Shown in pieces: positions 10,332 to 21,639 of a DNA stretch of 64,000 nt. The notes under the pieces are model-generated. The model worked only from the letters and a program-made list of their open reading frames with translations. It did no database searches and had not been told where the DNA came from. Within the stretch, counting starts at the first letter, position 1. Every line of letters starts with the position of its first letter. Source of the stretch: an uncultured SAR86 cluster bacterium (GTDB lineage: Bacteria; Pseudomonadota; Gammaproteobacteria; Magnimaribacterales; D2472); NCBI GenBank assembly GCA_902525635.1, contig CABZHV010000001.1, positions 4,640 through 68,639 on the forward strand. Reading direction: 5' to 3'. Position numbers and translations under genes: made by a program.

Positions 10332-11628
10332 ATGAAAGTTGCTATTAAAAAATTAAAAGATTTAGAAAGAAAAATCACTGTGACTATTCCAGTTAAGGAC
10401 TACGAATCAAAATTTAATTCAAAACTAAAAAATATCAAGTCAAAAGCAAAAGTAGATGGTTTCAGAAAAGGAAATGTTCCAAATGAAGTTTTAGAGCAAA
10501 GATATGGATCATCAATTCATAACGAAGTGTTGAACGAATTGATACAAGAGTCATATCCAAAAGCCATATCTGAGAATAAAATTAGAGCTGCCTGTGCTCC
10601 AAAAGTTTCTATTGATTCAGAGGATTCCAAAAAAACCAATTGTTTATTCAGCAATTATTGAGATTTTTCCAGAGATTAAACCAAAATTCTCAAGATGGAC
10701 AAATTATGATAAATATCAAATTGAAATCGAAGATACGGATATAGATTCTGCAATAGATGATATCAAGAAAAGATATGGAGAGTGGAATGATGTTAAAAGA
10801 GAGGCAAAATTAGATGATCAAGTAATTATTGATTTTTTTGGAAAAATCAATGGTGAGGAGTTTGAAGGAAATGAAGCGAAAGATTTTAAATTAGTTTTAG
10901 GAAGCAATTCTATGATTCCAGGATTTGAAACTAGTATTGTAGGAAAAAAACTATCAAAATTTACTATTGAATGTTCATTTCCAGAAGATTACTTTAAAAA
11001 AGATCTTGCTGGAGTAAATGCAGAATTCGAAATAGATCTCAAACACATTCAAGAAATTAAAGAAGCAAATATAGATAAAGATTTGTTTACAAAGCTCCAA
11101 ATGGATATTAAAGAAGAGTCAGAATTCAGAGGTGAGATAATTGCAAGAATGAAAAATGAGGTAGCAGCTCAAGAAAGAGAACTGACAAAAGAATCAATGT
11201 ATGAAACTCTTTTAAAAACAAATAGTTTTCAATCACCAAAAGCTACAATAAATGAACAGGCTGACTTAATGAGAAAAGATGCCTTAATGAGAATTGGGCA
11301 TAGTGAGGAGAATGCAGGAGATGATCTCTTTCCGATTAATAGTTTTCTCGAAAAGGCTGAAAAAAGAGTTAAACTTGATTTACTATTTGCTGAATTAATT
11401 AATCATTTTGAAATAAAAGTTGAAAAGCAACAAGTTGATGATTTTATCGAAGAAGAGTCAAAAAGATATAAAGATCAAGAGCAATACAAAAAATGGATAG
11501 CTGGTCAACCTCAACAGCTGGAACAATTTAGAATGATAGTTTTAGAAAGACAACTGGTTGAAAATTTAGAAAATGTACTTAAATTTAAGAATAAGGTGAT
11601 AAAATTTTCAGAACTCGCAAATAGATAG
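10332..11628 (+). CDS. tig: Trigger factor; split by a +1 frameshift at or near A7 (10629-10635)
   Basis: ATG 10332 MKVAIKK...GFRKGNVP ribosome-binding motif; downstream ORF carries the FKBP domain (IDF.G.INGEEFEG...MIPGFE); immediately upstream of clpP. Confidence 0.9.
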
Positions 11629-11637
11629 GTTTTAATT

Positions 11638-12237
11638 ATGAAAGATTTCCAATCAGCACTAATCCCAATGGTTGTAGAACAAACACCTAGAGGTGAGAGA
11701 TCTTTTGATATTTACTCACGACTTTTAAAAGAAAGGGTAATTTTTCTTTCTGGCCCAATTGATGATTACATATCTAATCTTGTTGTTGCTCAACTATTGT
11801 TTTTAGAGTCTGAAAATCCTGAGAAAGATATATCTATATATATAAATTCACCTGGTGGAAGTATTTCAGCAGGCTTGGCAATATATGATACGATGCAATT
11901 CATCACTCCATCAATATCAACAATGTGCATTGGACAAGCAGCAAGTATGGGTGCATTGCTCCTTGCTGGTGGAGATAAAAAGAAAAGGTTTGCCTTGGCT
12001 AATTCAAGAATTATGATTCACCAACCTCTTGGTGGTTTTCAAGGCCAGGCTTCAGATTTTGAAATTCATGCAAAGGAAATATTGCACATGAAAAAAATTG
12101 TTAACGAGATTCTTGCGAAACATACCGGGCAAACAATCAAGAAGGTTGAAAAAGACACTGACAGAGACAATTTTTTAGATGCAGATGCTGCAAAAGCTTA
12201 TGGGATTGTTGATAAAATATTAGAACAAAGGAACTAA
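11638..12237 (+). CDS. clpP: ATP-dependent Clp protease proteolytic subunit
   Basis: DIYSRLL, YINSPGG, GQAASMG, RIMIHQP. Confidence 0.99.
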   Translation: MKDFQSALIPMVVEQTPRGERSFDIYSRLLKERVIFLSGPIDDYISNLVVAQLLFLESENPEKDISIYINSPGGSISAGLAIYDTMQFITPSISTMCIGQAASMGALLLAGGDKKKRFALANSRIMIHQPLGGFQGQASDFEIHAKEILHMKKIVNEILAKHTGQTIKKVEKDTDRDNFLDADAAKAYGIVDKILEQRN

Positions 12238-12238
12238 C

Positions 12239-13495
12239 ATGAAGGTAGAGGCTGAATCAGATAAGTTACATTGCTCATTTTGTGGGAAGTCTCAAGATGA
12301 AGTTAAGAAATTAATTGCTGGACCGAGCGTCTATATTTGTAATGAGTGTGTAGACTTATGTAATGATATCATCGAAGAAGAGATTAAAAATGATGATGAT
12401 ATTGCTCAAGATATATCACTTTCTCCTCAAGAAATTTACAAAAAGCTTGACGAGTATGTTATTGGTCAAGAAACAGCAAAAAAAGTTTTATCTGTAGCAG
12501 TTTATAATCACTATAAACGATTGAAGAAAGGCAAAGTAAAAGATAATGTTGAACTTCAAAAAAGTAACGTTCTCCTTTTGGGTCCTACTGGTAGTGGAAA
12601 AACTTTACTAGCACAAACTCTAGCTAAAATTTTAAACGTTCCATTTACTATTGCTGATGCAACAACACTAACTGAAGCTGGATATGTTGGAGAGGACGTT
12701 GAAAACATTATTCAAAAACTTCTTCAAAAAGCTGACTATGATCCTGAAAAAGCTGAACTAGGAATTGTCTACATTGATGAAATTGATAAGATTGCAAGAA
12801 AATCAGATAATCCCTCAATAACAAGAGATGTCTCAGGTGAAGGTGTTCAACAAGCTCTGTTAAAGTTAATTGAAGGGACCATTGCTTCGATACCGCCTCA
12901 AGGTGGTAGGAAGCATCCACAACAGGAGTTTATTCAAATAGATACATCCAACATTCTATTTATTTGTGGAGGTGCTTTTTCTGGCATTGATAAAGTCATC
13001 GAACAAAGAACAAATACGACTGGCATTGGTTTTAGTGCTGAAGTTGATTCAAAATCAAATGTCAGCAAGATTTCTAAAAATGTTGATGAGCTTCAACCTG
13101 AAGATTTAGTAAGATATGGCTTAATCCCAGAATTTGTTGGTAGACTCCCAGTTATATCAAACCTTCATGAACTTGACGAGTCAGCACTTGTTCGAATTTT
13201 AAAAGAACCAAAGAATGCTCTTATAAATCAATATAGTCATTTATTTGAAATTGATAATGTAGAATTAACTTTTCGAGATGAGGCCCTATTAGAAATAGCT
13301 AAACAAGCTATAAAAAGAAAAACTGGTGCAAGAGGCCTTAGATCTATATTGGAAGAAATATTAATGGATACTATGTTTAATTTGCCCAATGAAAATCTAG
13401 AAAAAGTTGTAGTTGACGAAAAGTCTGTTCTTAATAAATCAGAACCCATCAAGCTGTTAAAGACAAAATCAAAAAAAACATCATCTGGTAATTGA
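12239..13495 (+). CDS. clpX: Clp protease ATP-binding subunit ClpX
   Basis: CSFC..C..C zinc finger, [19 protein letters not shown] loop. Confidence 0.99.
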   Translation: MKVEAESDKLHCSFCGKSQDEVKKLIAGPSVYICNECVDLCNDIIEEEIKNDDDIAQDISLSPQEIYKKLDEYVIGQETAKKVLSVAVYNHYKRLKKGKVKDNVELQKSNVLLLGPTGSGKTLLAQTLAKILNVPFTIADATTLTEAGYVGEDVENIIQKLLQKADYDPEKAELGIVYIDEIDKIARKSDNPSITRDVSGEGVQQALLKLIEGTIASIPPQGGRKHPQQEFIQIDTSNILFICGGAFSGIDKVIEQRTNTTGIGFSAEVDSKSNVSKISKNVDELQPEDLVRYGLIPEFVGRLPVISNLHELDESALVRILKEPKNALINQYSHLFEIDNVELTFRDEALLEIAKQAIKRKTGARGLRSILEEILMDTMFNLPNENLEKVVVDEKSVLNKSEPIKLLKTKSKKTSSGN

Positions 13496-13525
13496 TATTT
13501 TATCAATTATCCTTATATTTCAATT

Positions 13526-15922
13526 ATGACCGAAATTAAATCTGATTTACCCTTAATACCTTTAAGAGACGTTGTTGTCTTCCCGGGTATTGTAACGACT
13601 TTATTTGTTGGTAGAAAAAAATCTGTAGAGGCTCTTAATATTGCAATGACCACCAACAAGAAGCTTGTTCTTGTTAGTCAAAAAGATGCTTCCGAGGAAG
13701 ATCCTAATGACAATCAAATATATAAATATGCAACAATAAGTAACTTGTTACAGTTAATAAAACTCCCAGATGGAACGATGAAGGTTCTTGTTGAAGGCTA
13801 TAAAAGATGTCTTATAAATAAGATTATTGAAAAAGATTCATATTCTACGGCAAGGGTTTCAGAAGTAGTAGATTTAAAACTAAAAGAAAGTGAATCTATA
13901 AACTTAGTAAGATTAATAAAAGCTAAATTTGAAGACTATATTAGCGTTACTAAAAGAATACCACCTGAAATAGTCTCAACTGTTGATTCATTGGATGACC
14001 TCTCTAGATTAATGGACACTATAACTGGACATTTGCCAATTGAAACATCAAAGAAACAAGAGATCTTGGAATCGTCAGATTTAAAGTTAAGAGCAGAGAA
14101 AGTTCTTACATTTATCGAATCTCAATTAGATGTTGTTGACGTTGAGAAAAAAGTTAGGGACAGAGTTAAAAAACAAATGGAAAAGTCTCAGAGGGAATAT
14201 TATTTAAATGAACAAATAAAAGCAGCTCAAAAAGAACTTGGAGAAATAGGTGAGGAAGGGGATGAATTAGAAAATCTTGAGAAGAAAATCAATGAAGTTG
14301 GAATGACTAAAGAAGCATTAAAGAAGGCAAAAAGTGAATTTGCAAAATTTAAACATATGGCTCCATCTTCTGCTGAGGCGTCTGTTGTTAGAACTTACTT
14401 AGATTGTTTGGTAGATGTACCATGGAAAAAGAAGTCTAAGGTAAAGGCAGACATTAAAGCTTCTATGAGCATCCTTGAGGAAGATCACTATGGACTTGAG
14501 GAAGTAAAAGAGAGAATTGTCGAGTACCTTGCTGTTCAAAAAAGAGTAAAGTCAATGAAAGCTCCAGTTTTATGTCTCGTCGGTCCTCCTGGAGTTGGTA
14601 AAACTTCACTAGGTGAATCAATTGCACGAGCAACAAATAGAAAGTTTGTAAGAATGTCACTTGGTGGCGTTAGAGACGAATCAGAGATTAGAGGCCATAG
14701 AAGAACATATATTGGTTCAATGCCTGGAAAAATAATCCAAAAATTAACAAAAGTTGGTGTAAAAAATCCTCTTTTTCTTTTAGATGAAATTGACAAAATT
14801 GGAATGGATCACAGAGGAGACCCAGCTTCAGCTCTTTTAGAAGTTCTTGATCCTGAGCAAAATAATACTTTCAGCGATCACTATTTAGAGGTTGATTATG
14901 ATTTATCAGAAGTAATGTTTGTTTGTACTGCAAATAGTTTAAATATTCCAACACCGCTTCTTGATAGAATGGAAATAATTAGAATTCCTGGGTATATCGA
15001 AGATGAAAAAATAAATATTGCAGAAAAGTATTTATTACCTAAACAAATGAAAAGAAATGGTCTTAAAGAGACTGAATTAAAATTAAACAAAAATGTACTA
15101 TTATCCTTGATTAGATATTACACAAGAGAAGCTGGCGTTAGAGGATTAGAAAGGCAAATTGCAAAGATTTTACGGAAAGTTGTCAAAGAGAGACTTGTGA
15201 ATAATTTCGACGATAATAAATCAACATCTATATCGTCAAGAAATCTTGAGAAATACTCTGGTGTAAAAAAATTCAAATATGGCATTGCTGAAAAAGATAA
15301 TGCAATTGGTCAAGTAACTGGTCTTGCTTGGACAGAAGTTGGAGGTGAATTGTTAACCATCGAAGCGTCAAACATTGATGGTAAAGGAAGAATTATCAAG
15401 ACAGGATCTCTAGGTGATGTCATGCAAGAATCAATTCAAGCCGCCTTTACAGTTGTAAGATCACGGGCAGAATCACTAGGAATAAAGCCAAATTTTTATG
15501 AAAAAAATGATGTTCATATTCATGTCCCTGAAGGAGCTACACCAAAAGATGGACCAAGCGCTGGTGGCGCAATGGCAATATCTTTAATTTCAATATTTAC
15601 AGGAATACCTGTAAGAGCAGATACTGCGATGACTGGTGAAATAACTTTAAGAGGACAAATTTTGAAAATTGGTGGCTTGAAAGAAAAACTTTTAGCTGCA
15701 AAAAGAGGTGGTATAAAGAATGTAATCATTCCAAAAGAAAATGAACCCGATCTTCAGGAAATACCAAAACAAATAACTAGCTCACTCAATATAATTCCAG
15801 TCGAATGGATTGATGAGGTCATATCTTCAGCTCTTGTTGAAGAACCAACACCACTTTCAAAAAATATTAAGCAGCAAAAATCAAGAACATCTAGAAAATC
15901 ACAAAATAAAGCACCTCACTAA
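13526..15922 (+). CDS. lon: Lon protease
   Basis: GPPGVGKT, RRTYIG, PKDGPSAG, GGLKEK. Confidence 0.99.
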   Translation: MTEIKSDLPLIPLRDVVVFPGIVTTLFVGRKKSVEALNIAMTTNKKLVLVSQKDASEEDPNDNQIYKYATISNLLQLIKLPDGTMKVLVEGYKRCLINKIIEKDSYSTARVSEVVDLKLKESESINLVRLIKAKFEDYISVTKRIPPEIVSTVDSLDDLSRLMDTITGHLPIETSKKQEILESSDLKLRAEKVLTFIESQLDVVDVEKKVRDRVKKQMEKSQREYYLNEQIKAAQKELGEIGEEGDELENLEKKINEVGMTKEALKKAKSEFAKFKHMAPSSAEASVVRTYLDCLVDVPWKKKSKVKADIKASMSILEEDHYGLEEVKERIVEYLAVQKRVKSMKAPVLCLVGPPGVGKTSLGESIARATNRKFVRMSLGGVRDESEIRGHRRTYIGSMPGKIIQKLTKVGVKNPLFLLDEIDKIGMDHRGDPASALLEVLDPEQNNTFSDHYLEVDYDLSEVMFVCTANSLNIPTPLLDRMEIIRIPGYIEDEKINIAEKYLLPKQMKRNGLKETELKLNKNVLLSLIRYYTREAGVRGLERQIAKILRKVVKERLVNNFDDNKSTSISSRNLEKYSGVKKFKYGIAEKDNAIGQVTGLAWTEVGGELLTIEASNIDGKGRIIKTGSLGDVMQESIQAAFTVVRSRAESLGIKPNFYEKNDVHIHVPEGATPKDGPSAGGAMAISLISIFTGIPVRADTAMTGEITLRGQILKIGGLKEKLLAAKRGGIKNVIIPKENEPDLQEIPKQITSSLNIIPVEWIDEVISSALVEEPTPLSKNIKQQKSRTSRKSQNKAPH

Positions 15923-16010
15923 TACCCTTTATTTGCTTGACTTTTAGCCCTAAAAAGCTTTTCATAGAGAAGTATTTAACAATTTATATATCACAGAGGA
16001 GTATTTAAAT

Positions 16011-16298
16011 ATGAATAAATCAGATTTAGTTGATGCGGTTGCAAGTAGTGCAGATATGTCTAAAGCTCAAGCTGGCAATGCAGTAGACGCAGTTTTGGAT
16101 GGCATTTCGGGGGCTTTAAGCAGCGGCGATTCAGTTGCTTTAGTTGGTTTTGGAACATTTTCGGTGAGACATAGAGCTGCAAGAGAGGGCAGAAATCCTC
16201 AAACAGGCGCTTCTATGTACATATCAGCTTCTAATGTACCAGGTTTTAAAGCTGGTAAGGCATTAAAAGATGCAGTAAAAGCTGGTAATCCTGCATAA
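16011..16298 (+). CDS. hupB: HU DNA-binding protein
   Basis: [29 protein letters not shown]; position between lon and ppiD. Confidence 0.95.
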   Translation: MNKSDLVDAVASSADMSKAQAGNAVDAVLDGISGALSSGDSVALVGFGTFSVRHRAAREGRNPQTGASMYISASNVPGFKAGKALKDAVKAGNPA

Positions 16299-16311
16299 AT
16301 TTTTTTCTTTT

Positions 16312-16339
16312 AAAAAGGGTGCTTATGCACCCTTTTTTT
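16312..16339 (+). terminator. Rho-independent terminator after hupB
   Basis: AAAAAGGGTGC-TTAT-GCACCCTTTTTTT hairpin plus U-tract. Confidence 0.9.
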
Positions 16340-16358
16340 ATTCTATAATATCGCCATC

Positions 16359-18233
16359 ATGATGGATTCTCTTAGAAATTTTTTAACTGGCCCAAGATTA
16401 TTAATAGTAGTTTTATTTTGTGCGCTACCTTTTGTTTTTTTAGGAACCTCTTCACTAGGGACAGTCTTTAATACGTCTTTTGGAACAGTAAACGGTGAAG
16501 AGGTAAATGATATAGATCTTCAAATAGCTTCTGATATAACAGTTCAAAAATTTAAAACTATATATGGTGAGGATTTTGATTTTGACATGCTTGATGATCA
16601 AATTAAATCAGATGCCATAAAACAAGAACTCATATTTCAAAAATCATTACTATCAGGTGCAAAATCACTCGGCTTTGTGAATAAGTCATCTGAGCGTGAA
16701 ACAAAAAAAAACATAATTAAAAGTCCTAACTTTCAATTTGAAGGGGAGTTCAGCGAAGATATATTTGAAGCTCAGGTAAATTCAAGGGGTTTTACAAAAG
16801 ATAATTATATAGATGTCATGACAAACCTAACCGCATCTGATCTTTATTTGGCATCATTAAGTATGATTAACTTTATAACCAAAAAAGAGTTGATTGAGTT
16901 AGCTTCCTTACTAGAAATGACTTCTGACATTAATTTTGTAAAGATTAATTTTAATGATTTAAAATCTCAAATAAATAACTCAAATGAGGAGCTAGTGAAT
17001 TATTACAACGAAAATGAAATATTATTTTTTAGTGATGAGCTCAAAAGTTTTAAATACATATCCCTAAATAAATCCGATTATGCAGAAGCTATTCAGATTC
17101 CTGACTCATATCTTGAAAATGGGTATCAAAATTACTTAGACGGATTTAAAAGCAATAATGAGATAAGAATTTCTCATATAATGGTTGACAAAAATAACTA
17201 TGAATCAAGAGAGTTTGCTCTTGATGAAATAATTAAAGTTCAAAATTTATTAGGAAATGGTGCAAATTTTATTGAGCTTGCTAGTGCATATAGTGAAGAT
17301 GTTGTGACAAGTGATATTGGAGGTGATTTAGAGTATTTTGATAAGGACATCTTTCCAATTGAATTTAATGAAGCTATTCAAAAATTAGATTTAAATCAAA
17401 CTAGTGAAATTATTGAACTTGAAGAAACATTTCATATTTTAAAAATTACTGAAAAAAATATCTTACAACCTCTTTCTGAAGACCAAGTAAAGAAAGAACT
17501 GTTGACTGAATTAAAAGAAACAGAGTCCTTAGCTTTGATGCAAGATGATCTAAATGAAATTGAGAACATGATAATTGAGAATAATACTCTTAATGAAATT
17601 TCAGATATGCTTTCAAAGGCTATTAAAAATTCAGAGTTATATTCTCAGTCAAACTTTGATTTTGATATCGCAAGTTCTGAAATTAGCAATTATATATTCT
17701 CTCCAGACTCTAAAATCAACCAACCTTATGTTATCGAACTTAATGATAATATTATTATCCTTGAAATTGATAGAGTTATTGAACCGTCTTTACAAGACTT
17801 TGATTCAATAAAAGACTCGATTTCAAGTGTACTTTCTGAGTCAAAAGCAATTGACAAAATCTTATTGATGTCAGAGGAGATAAAAGCAATACCTGATGAA
17901 AAAGAAAGAATGGAATTTATAAAAGCTTACGATTATGTTGAATATGAGAGTTATGTTGATGTTAATAGGTATTCATCTTTGCTGCCAAGAGAGGTTCTTA
18001 ATGAAATTTTTAACTCATCTCCAGGAAAAACTATTACAAAAGATTCTTTTAATGGAGATAAATATATTGTGAATATCTCAGGATTTAATGAACCAACAGA
18101 AACTGATATTAATAATATCCTTGAAGAATATGGCAATTTTAGTAAACAGATTTTGGAAACAAAAATGAATCAAATCATCAACAAAGATATCTTTGAGTCA
18201 GCAAGGGTAAATTTAAATAACTTAATATTTTAA
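16359..18233 (+). CDS. ppiD: Periplasmic chaperone/parvulin PPIase PpiD
   Basis: N-terminal TM, SurA-N-like region, ISHIMV...LASAYSED...GGDL parvulin domain; synteny. Confidence 0.88.
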   Translation: MMDSLRNFLTGPRLLIVVLFCALPFVFLGTSSLGTVFNTSFGTVNGEEVNDIDLQIASDITVQKFKTIYGEDFDFDMLDDQIKSDAIKQELIFQKSLLSGAKSLGFVNKSSERETKKNIIKSPNFQFEGEFSEDIFEAQVNSRGFTKDNYIDVMTNLTASDLYLASLSMINFITKKELIELASLLEMTSDINFVKINFNDLKSQINNSNEELVNYYNENEILFFSDELKSFKYISLNKSDYAEAIQIPDSYLENGYQNYLDGFKSNNEIRISHIMVDKNNYESREFALDEIIKVQNLLGNGANFIELASAYSEDVVTSDIGGDLEYFDKDIFPIEFNEAIQKLDLNQTSEIIELEETFHILKITEKNILQPLSEDQVKKELLTELKETESLALMQDDLNEIENMIIENNTLNEISDMLSKAIKNSELYSQSNFDFDIASSEISNYIFSPDSKINQPYVIELNDNIIILEIDRVIEPSLQDFDSIKDSISSVLSESKAIDKILLMSEEIKAIPDEKERMEFIKAYDYVEYESYVDVNRYSSLLPREVLNEIFNSSPGKTITKDSFNGDKYIVNISGFNEPTETDINNILEEYGNFSKQILETKMNQIINKDIFESARVNLNNLIF

Positions 18234-18244
18234 GGACAATAAAT

Positions 18245-19861
18245 ATGAATTTTAAATCAGTATCATTTTTTTTAGTTTTATTCTTTTTCTATGGATGCTC
18301 TGAAAACATAACTCCAGTTGACTCAGGTCTGGAAAAACAAATATATCATCATGGAAATGGTTCTGAGCCTCAAGGCATTGATCCTCATATAGTAACAGGC
18401 GTGCCTGAACATCATATTTTAATTAGTTTATGTGAAGGATTAACTATACCCAATCCTAATCCAAATGACTCAAATGGATACATGGAGGGTACTGCAGAAT
18501 CCTGGTCAATTAGTGAAGATGGAAAAGAGTATATCTTTAAAATAAACAAAAACGCTAAGTGGTCAAATGGAGATGATGTCACAGCAGAAGATTTTGTATG
18601 GTCTTGGAAAAGGATTCTTACAGCAAGCTTAGGTTCACAATACCCTGATATGCTTTATTATCTTGAGGGAGCATATGAGTATCATAATGGTTTAAGTGAT
18701 GATTTTGATAAAGTTGGAGTTAAAGCTATTGATCAGAAAACACTTAAAGTAAATCTCAAAAACCCAACTCCATTTTTTTTAGGATTATTAAGTCATTACA
18801 GCACATGGCCGGTTCATAAAAATACAGTGCTAGAATTCGGAGATATAGATGACAGAAATGGAGAGTGGACAAGGCCAGGAAATTTTGTATGTAATGGTCC
18901 TTTCCAGCTAAAATCTTGGGAATTAAATAATAAAATTATTGTAGAAAAAAATCCTCATTATTATGACTCATCAATCGTCAAACTTAATGAAATTCACTTT
19001 TACCCAGTATCGAATGTAATGACAGAAGATAGGATGTTTAGAGCTGGCCAACTTCATTTAACAAGCACTTTACCATCTCAAAAATGCCCAATTTATATTG
19101 AAGAAAACCCAAACTTAAGAATTGATCCCTATATGGGAACTTATTTTTATAGGATAAATACTAAAAATTCAGCTCTAAAGGATGTGCGAGTAAGAAAAGC
19201 ACTTGCTTATTCAATTGATAGACAGCTTTTAGTTGATAAAGTAACCAAATGTGGTCAAATACCTGCGTATTCTTTTACTCCTCCTGGATCAAATGGATAT
19301 CTACCAAAGACAGAAATTCCTTTTGATCCTGAATTAGCAAAGTCTTTACTTAAAGATGCTGGTTATTCTGAAGAAAATCCCTTCCCAAAGTTAGAAATTT
19401 TATTCAATACAAATGAAGATCATCGAAAAATAGCATTAGCAATTCAACAAATGTGGCAGGTAAATCTTGGAATTGAAATTGAATTAGTTAATCAGGACTG
19501 GAAGGTATACCTAAATAGGGAAATGATAGGAGATTTTCAAATCTCAAGAGCAGGATGGATAGGTGATTATGAAGATCCTAACACATTCCTTGATTTAATG
19601 AGGCCCAATAGAGGTAACAACAAAACAGGTTGGGAGAATATGGAATATGATTCACTAGTTGAAAAAGCTAATACAATTAATGATCAATCAGAAAGGTATA
19701 AATTATTGTATGAGGCCGAAGAAATATTGATAGAAGAATTGCCAATAATACCTTTATACACTTATGTAAGGTCCTATCAATTGTCGTCAGATGTAAAAGG
19801 ATTTAATCCACATATACTAGATCATCATCATCCTAAATTTATTTATTTAGAAAGAGACTAG
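18245..19861 (+). CDS. oppA: Oligopeptide ABC transporter substrate-binding lipoprotein
   Basis: Lipobox FYGC, NGSEPQGIDP, AKWSNGD.VTA.DFVWSW.R, RAGWIGDY. Confidence 0.9.
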   Translation: MNFKSVSFFLVLFFFYGCSENITPVDSGLEKQIYHHGNGSEPQGIDPHIVTGVPEHHILISLCEGLTIPNPNPNDSNGYMEGTAESWSISEDGKEYIFKINKNAKWSNGDDVTAEDFVWSWKRILTASLGSQYPDMLYYLEGAYEYHNGLSDDFDKVGVKAIDQKTLKVNLKNPTPFFLGLLSHYSTWPVHKNTVLEFGDIDDRNGEWTRPGNFVCNGPFQLKSWELNNKIIVEKNPHYYDSSIVKLNEIHFYPVSNVMTEDRMFRAGQLHLTSTLPSQKCPIYIEENPNLRIDPYMGTYFYRINTKNSALKDVRVRKALAYSIDRQLLVDKVTKCGQIPAYSFTPPGSNGYLPKTEIPFDPELAKSLLKDAGYSEENPFPKLEILFNTNEDHRKIALAIQQMWQVNLGIEIELVNQDWKVYLNREMIGDFQISRAGWIGDYEDPNTFLDLMRPNRGNNKTGWENMEYDSLVEKANTINDQSERYKLLYEAEEILIEELPIIPLYTYVRSYQLSSDVKGFNPHILDHHHPKFIYLERD

Positions 19862-19867
19862 TTTCTC

Positions 19868-20788
19868 ATGCTTGCAATATTTGTACGAAGAATTTTGATC
19901 GCTGTACCAGTATTATTTGCGGTTGCAAGTATTACTTTTTTTCTAATTAAGATTGCACCTGGTGGTCCTTTTGATGCAGATCGAGCTGTTTCTCCTCAAG
20001 TCCTAAAGAATTTAAACGAAGCATATAATCTGGATGCATCAAATTGGGAACAATATCTTGACTATATGTCAGCACTCATGCAAGGAGACATGGGCCCCTC
20101 GTTTAGATTTCCTGGCAGGTCAGTTACTGAGATGATTGCAACAGGTTTGCCCGTTACATTTGAACTTGCATTTTATGCAATTCTCATTGCTTTAGTCATG
20201 GGGATATTTTCAGGAGTTTTAGCTGCCCTGAAAAGAAATACTTTTCTTGATTTCATTCCAATGGCAATTGCAATGATTGGGATTTGTGTTCCAACTTTTC
20301 TTATGGGTCCACTCTTAGTCTTAATATTTGGTATTAATCTTGAAATACTTCCTGTATCAGGCTGGGGGCAATTACCTGGCGATAAGATATTACCATCACT
20401 TACTTTAGGTTTTGCATATGCTGCCTATATTGCAAGGTTAAGTAGAGGTGGAATGTTAGAAGTCTTAAATCAAGACTTTATAAGAACAGCAAGGGCAAAG
20501 GGTTTGACTGAAAGAATGATAGTCATAAAACATGCAATGCAAGGTGGCCTCATACCTGTTGTATCCTTTCTGGGACCAGCTATTGCTGGGCTTTTAGCTG
20601 GATCATTTGTAGTAGAGACTATTTTTCAAATACCAGGATTGGGAAGATTTTATGTAGAAGCTGCATTTAATAGAGACTACACAATGATACTTGGGACGAC
20701 AATTTTTTTCTCTGCAATGATTGTATTTTTTAATTTAATGTCAGATTTAGCAGCTTTATGGTTAAATCCAAGATCAAGGGATTTATAG
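19868..20788 (+). CDS. oppB: Oligopeptide ABC transporter permease
   Basis: APGGPFD, EAA loop DFIRTARAKGL, VETIFQIPGLG. Confidence 0.93.
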   Translation: MLAIFVRRILIAVPVLFAVASITFFLIKIAPGGPFDADRAVSPQVLKNLNEAYNLDASNWEQYLDYMSALMQGDMGPSFRFPGRSVTEMIATGLPVTFELAFYAILIALVMGIFSGVLAALKRNTFLDFIPMAIAMIGICVPTFLMGPLLVLIFGINLEILPVSGWGQLPGDKILPSLTLGFAYAAYIARLSRGGMLEVLNQDFIRTARAKGLTERMIVIKHAMQGGLIPVVSFLGPAIAGLLAGSFVVETIFQIPGLGRFYVEAAFNRDYTMILGTTIFFSAMIVFFNLMSDLAALWLNPRSRDL

Positions 20789-21639
20789 TGAATAATAACT
20801 CTCTTTGGTCTGATGCAATTTTTAGACTTTCTAGAAATAAGGCAGCAATGTTTGGTGGAGTAATCCTTATTTTATTAATTATTTCAGCAGTCCTCGCTCC
20901 ATGGATTGCGCCTTACTCATATTCTTATCAAGATCTTAACTTAGGAGCAAGTCCTCCATCTTCAGAACATTTCCTTGGAACAGATATTCTAGGAAGAGAT
21001 CTATTTAGTAGGATACTTTATGGCGCCAGAATATCGTTATTAGTTGGATTTGTTGCAACAGGAGTAGCTCTAGTAATTGGAGTATCATGGGGAATTATTG
21101 CTGGTTATATCGGTGGAAAGGTTGATTCAATAATGATGAGGATAGTTGATGTTCTTTATGGACTTCCATTTATTATTTTCATAATTCTTTTAATGGTAAT
21201 TTTCGGAAGAAATTTATGGCTTTTATTTGGAGCAATAGGTGCAGTAGAGTGGTTAACAATGGCGAGAATAGTTCGTGCGCAAGTTATTGGTCTAAAGAAT
21301 CAAGAATTTGTAATGGCAGCAAAGGCAATGGGAGTTTCAAATATTTCAATGTTTAGAAGACACTTATTACCAAATATACTTGGGCCAATAGCTGTATATG
21401 CGACATTAACAATTCCACAGGTAATGTTGTTAGAAGGTTTTTTAAGTTTTCTTGGATTAGGCATCCAACCTCCAATGAGCAGTTGGGGAACTTTAATTAA
21501 GGATGGGGTAGAATCCATGGAAGAATATGGTTGGCTTCTTATATACCCAGGAGTTACTTTTACGATAACATTATTTGCGTTAAATTTTTTTGGTGACGGT
21601 TTAAGAGATGCTCTTGACCCAAAGACATCTAACAATTAA
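20788..21639 (+). CDS. oppC: Oligopeptide ABC transporter permease (GTG start inferred)
   Basis: LGTDILGRD, EFVMAAKAMG, GDGLRDALDP. Confidence 0.92.
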   Translation: MNNNSLWSDAIFRLSRNKAAMFGGVILILLIISAVLAPWIAPYSYSYQDLNLGASPPSSEHFLGTDILGRDLFSRILYGARISLLVGFVATGVALVIGVSWGIIAGYIGGKVDSIMMRIVDVLYGLPFIIFIILLMVIFGRNLWLLFGAIGAVEWLTMARIVRAQVIGLKNQEFVMAAKAMGVSNISMFRRHLLPNILGPIAVYATLTIPQVMLLEGFLSFLGLGIQPPMSSWGTLIKDGVESMEEYGWLLIYPGVTFTITLFALNFFGDGLRDALDPKTSNN

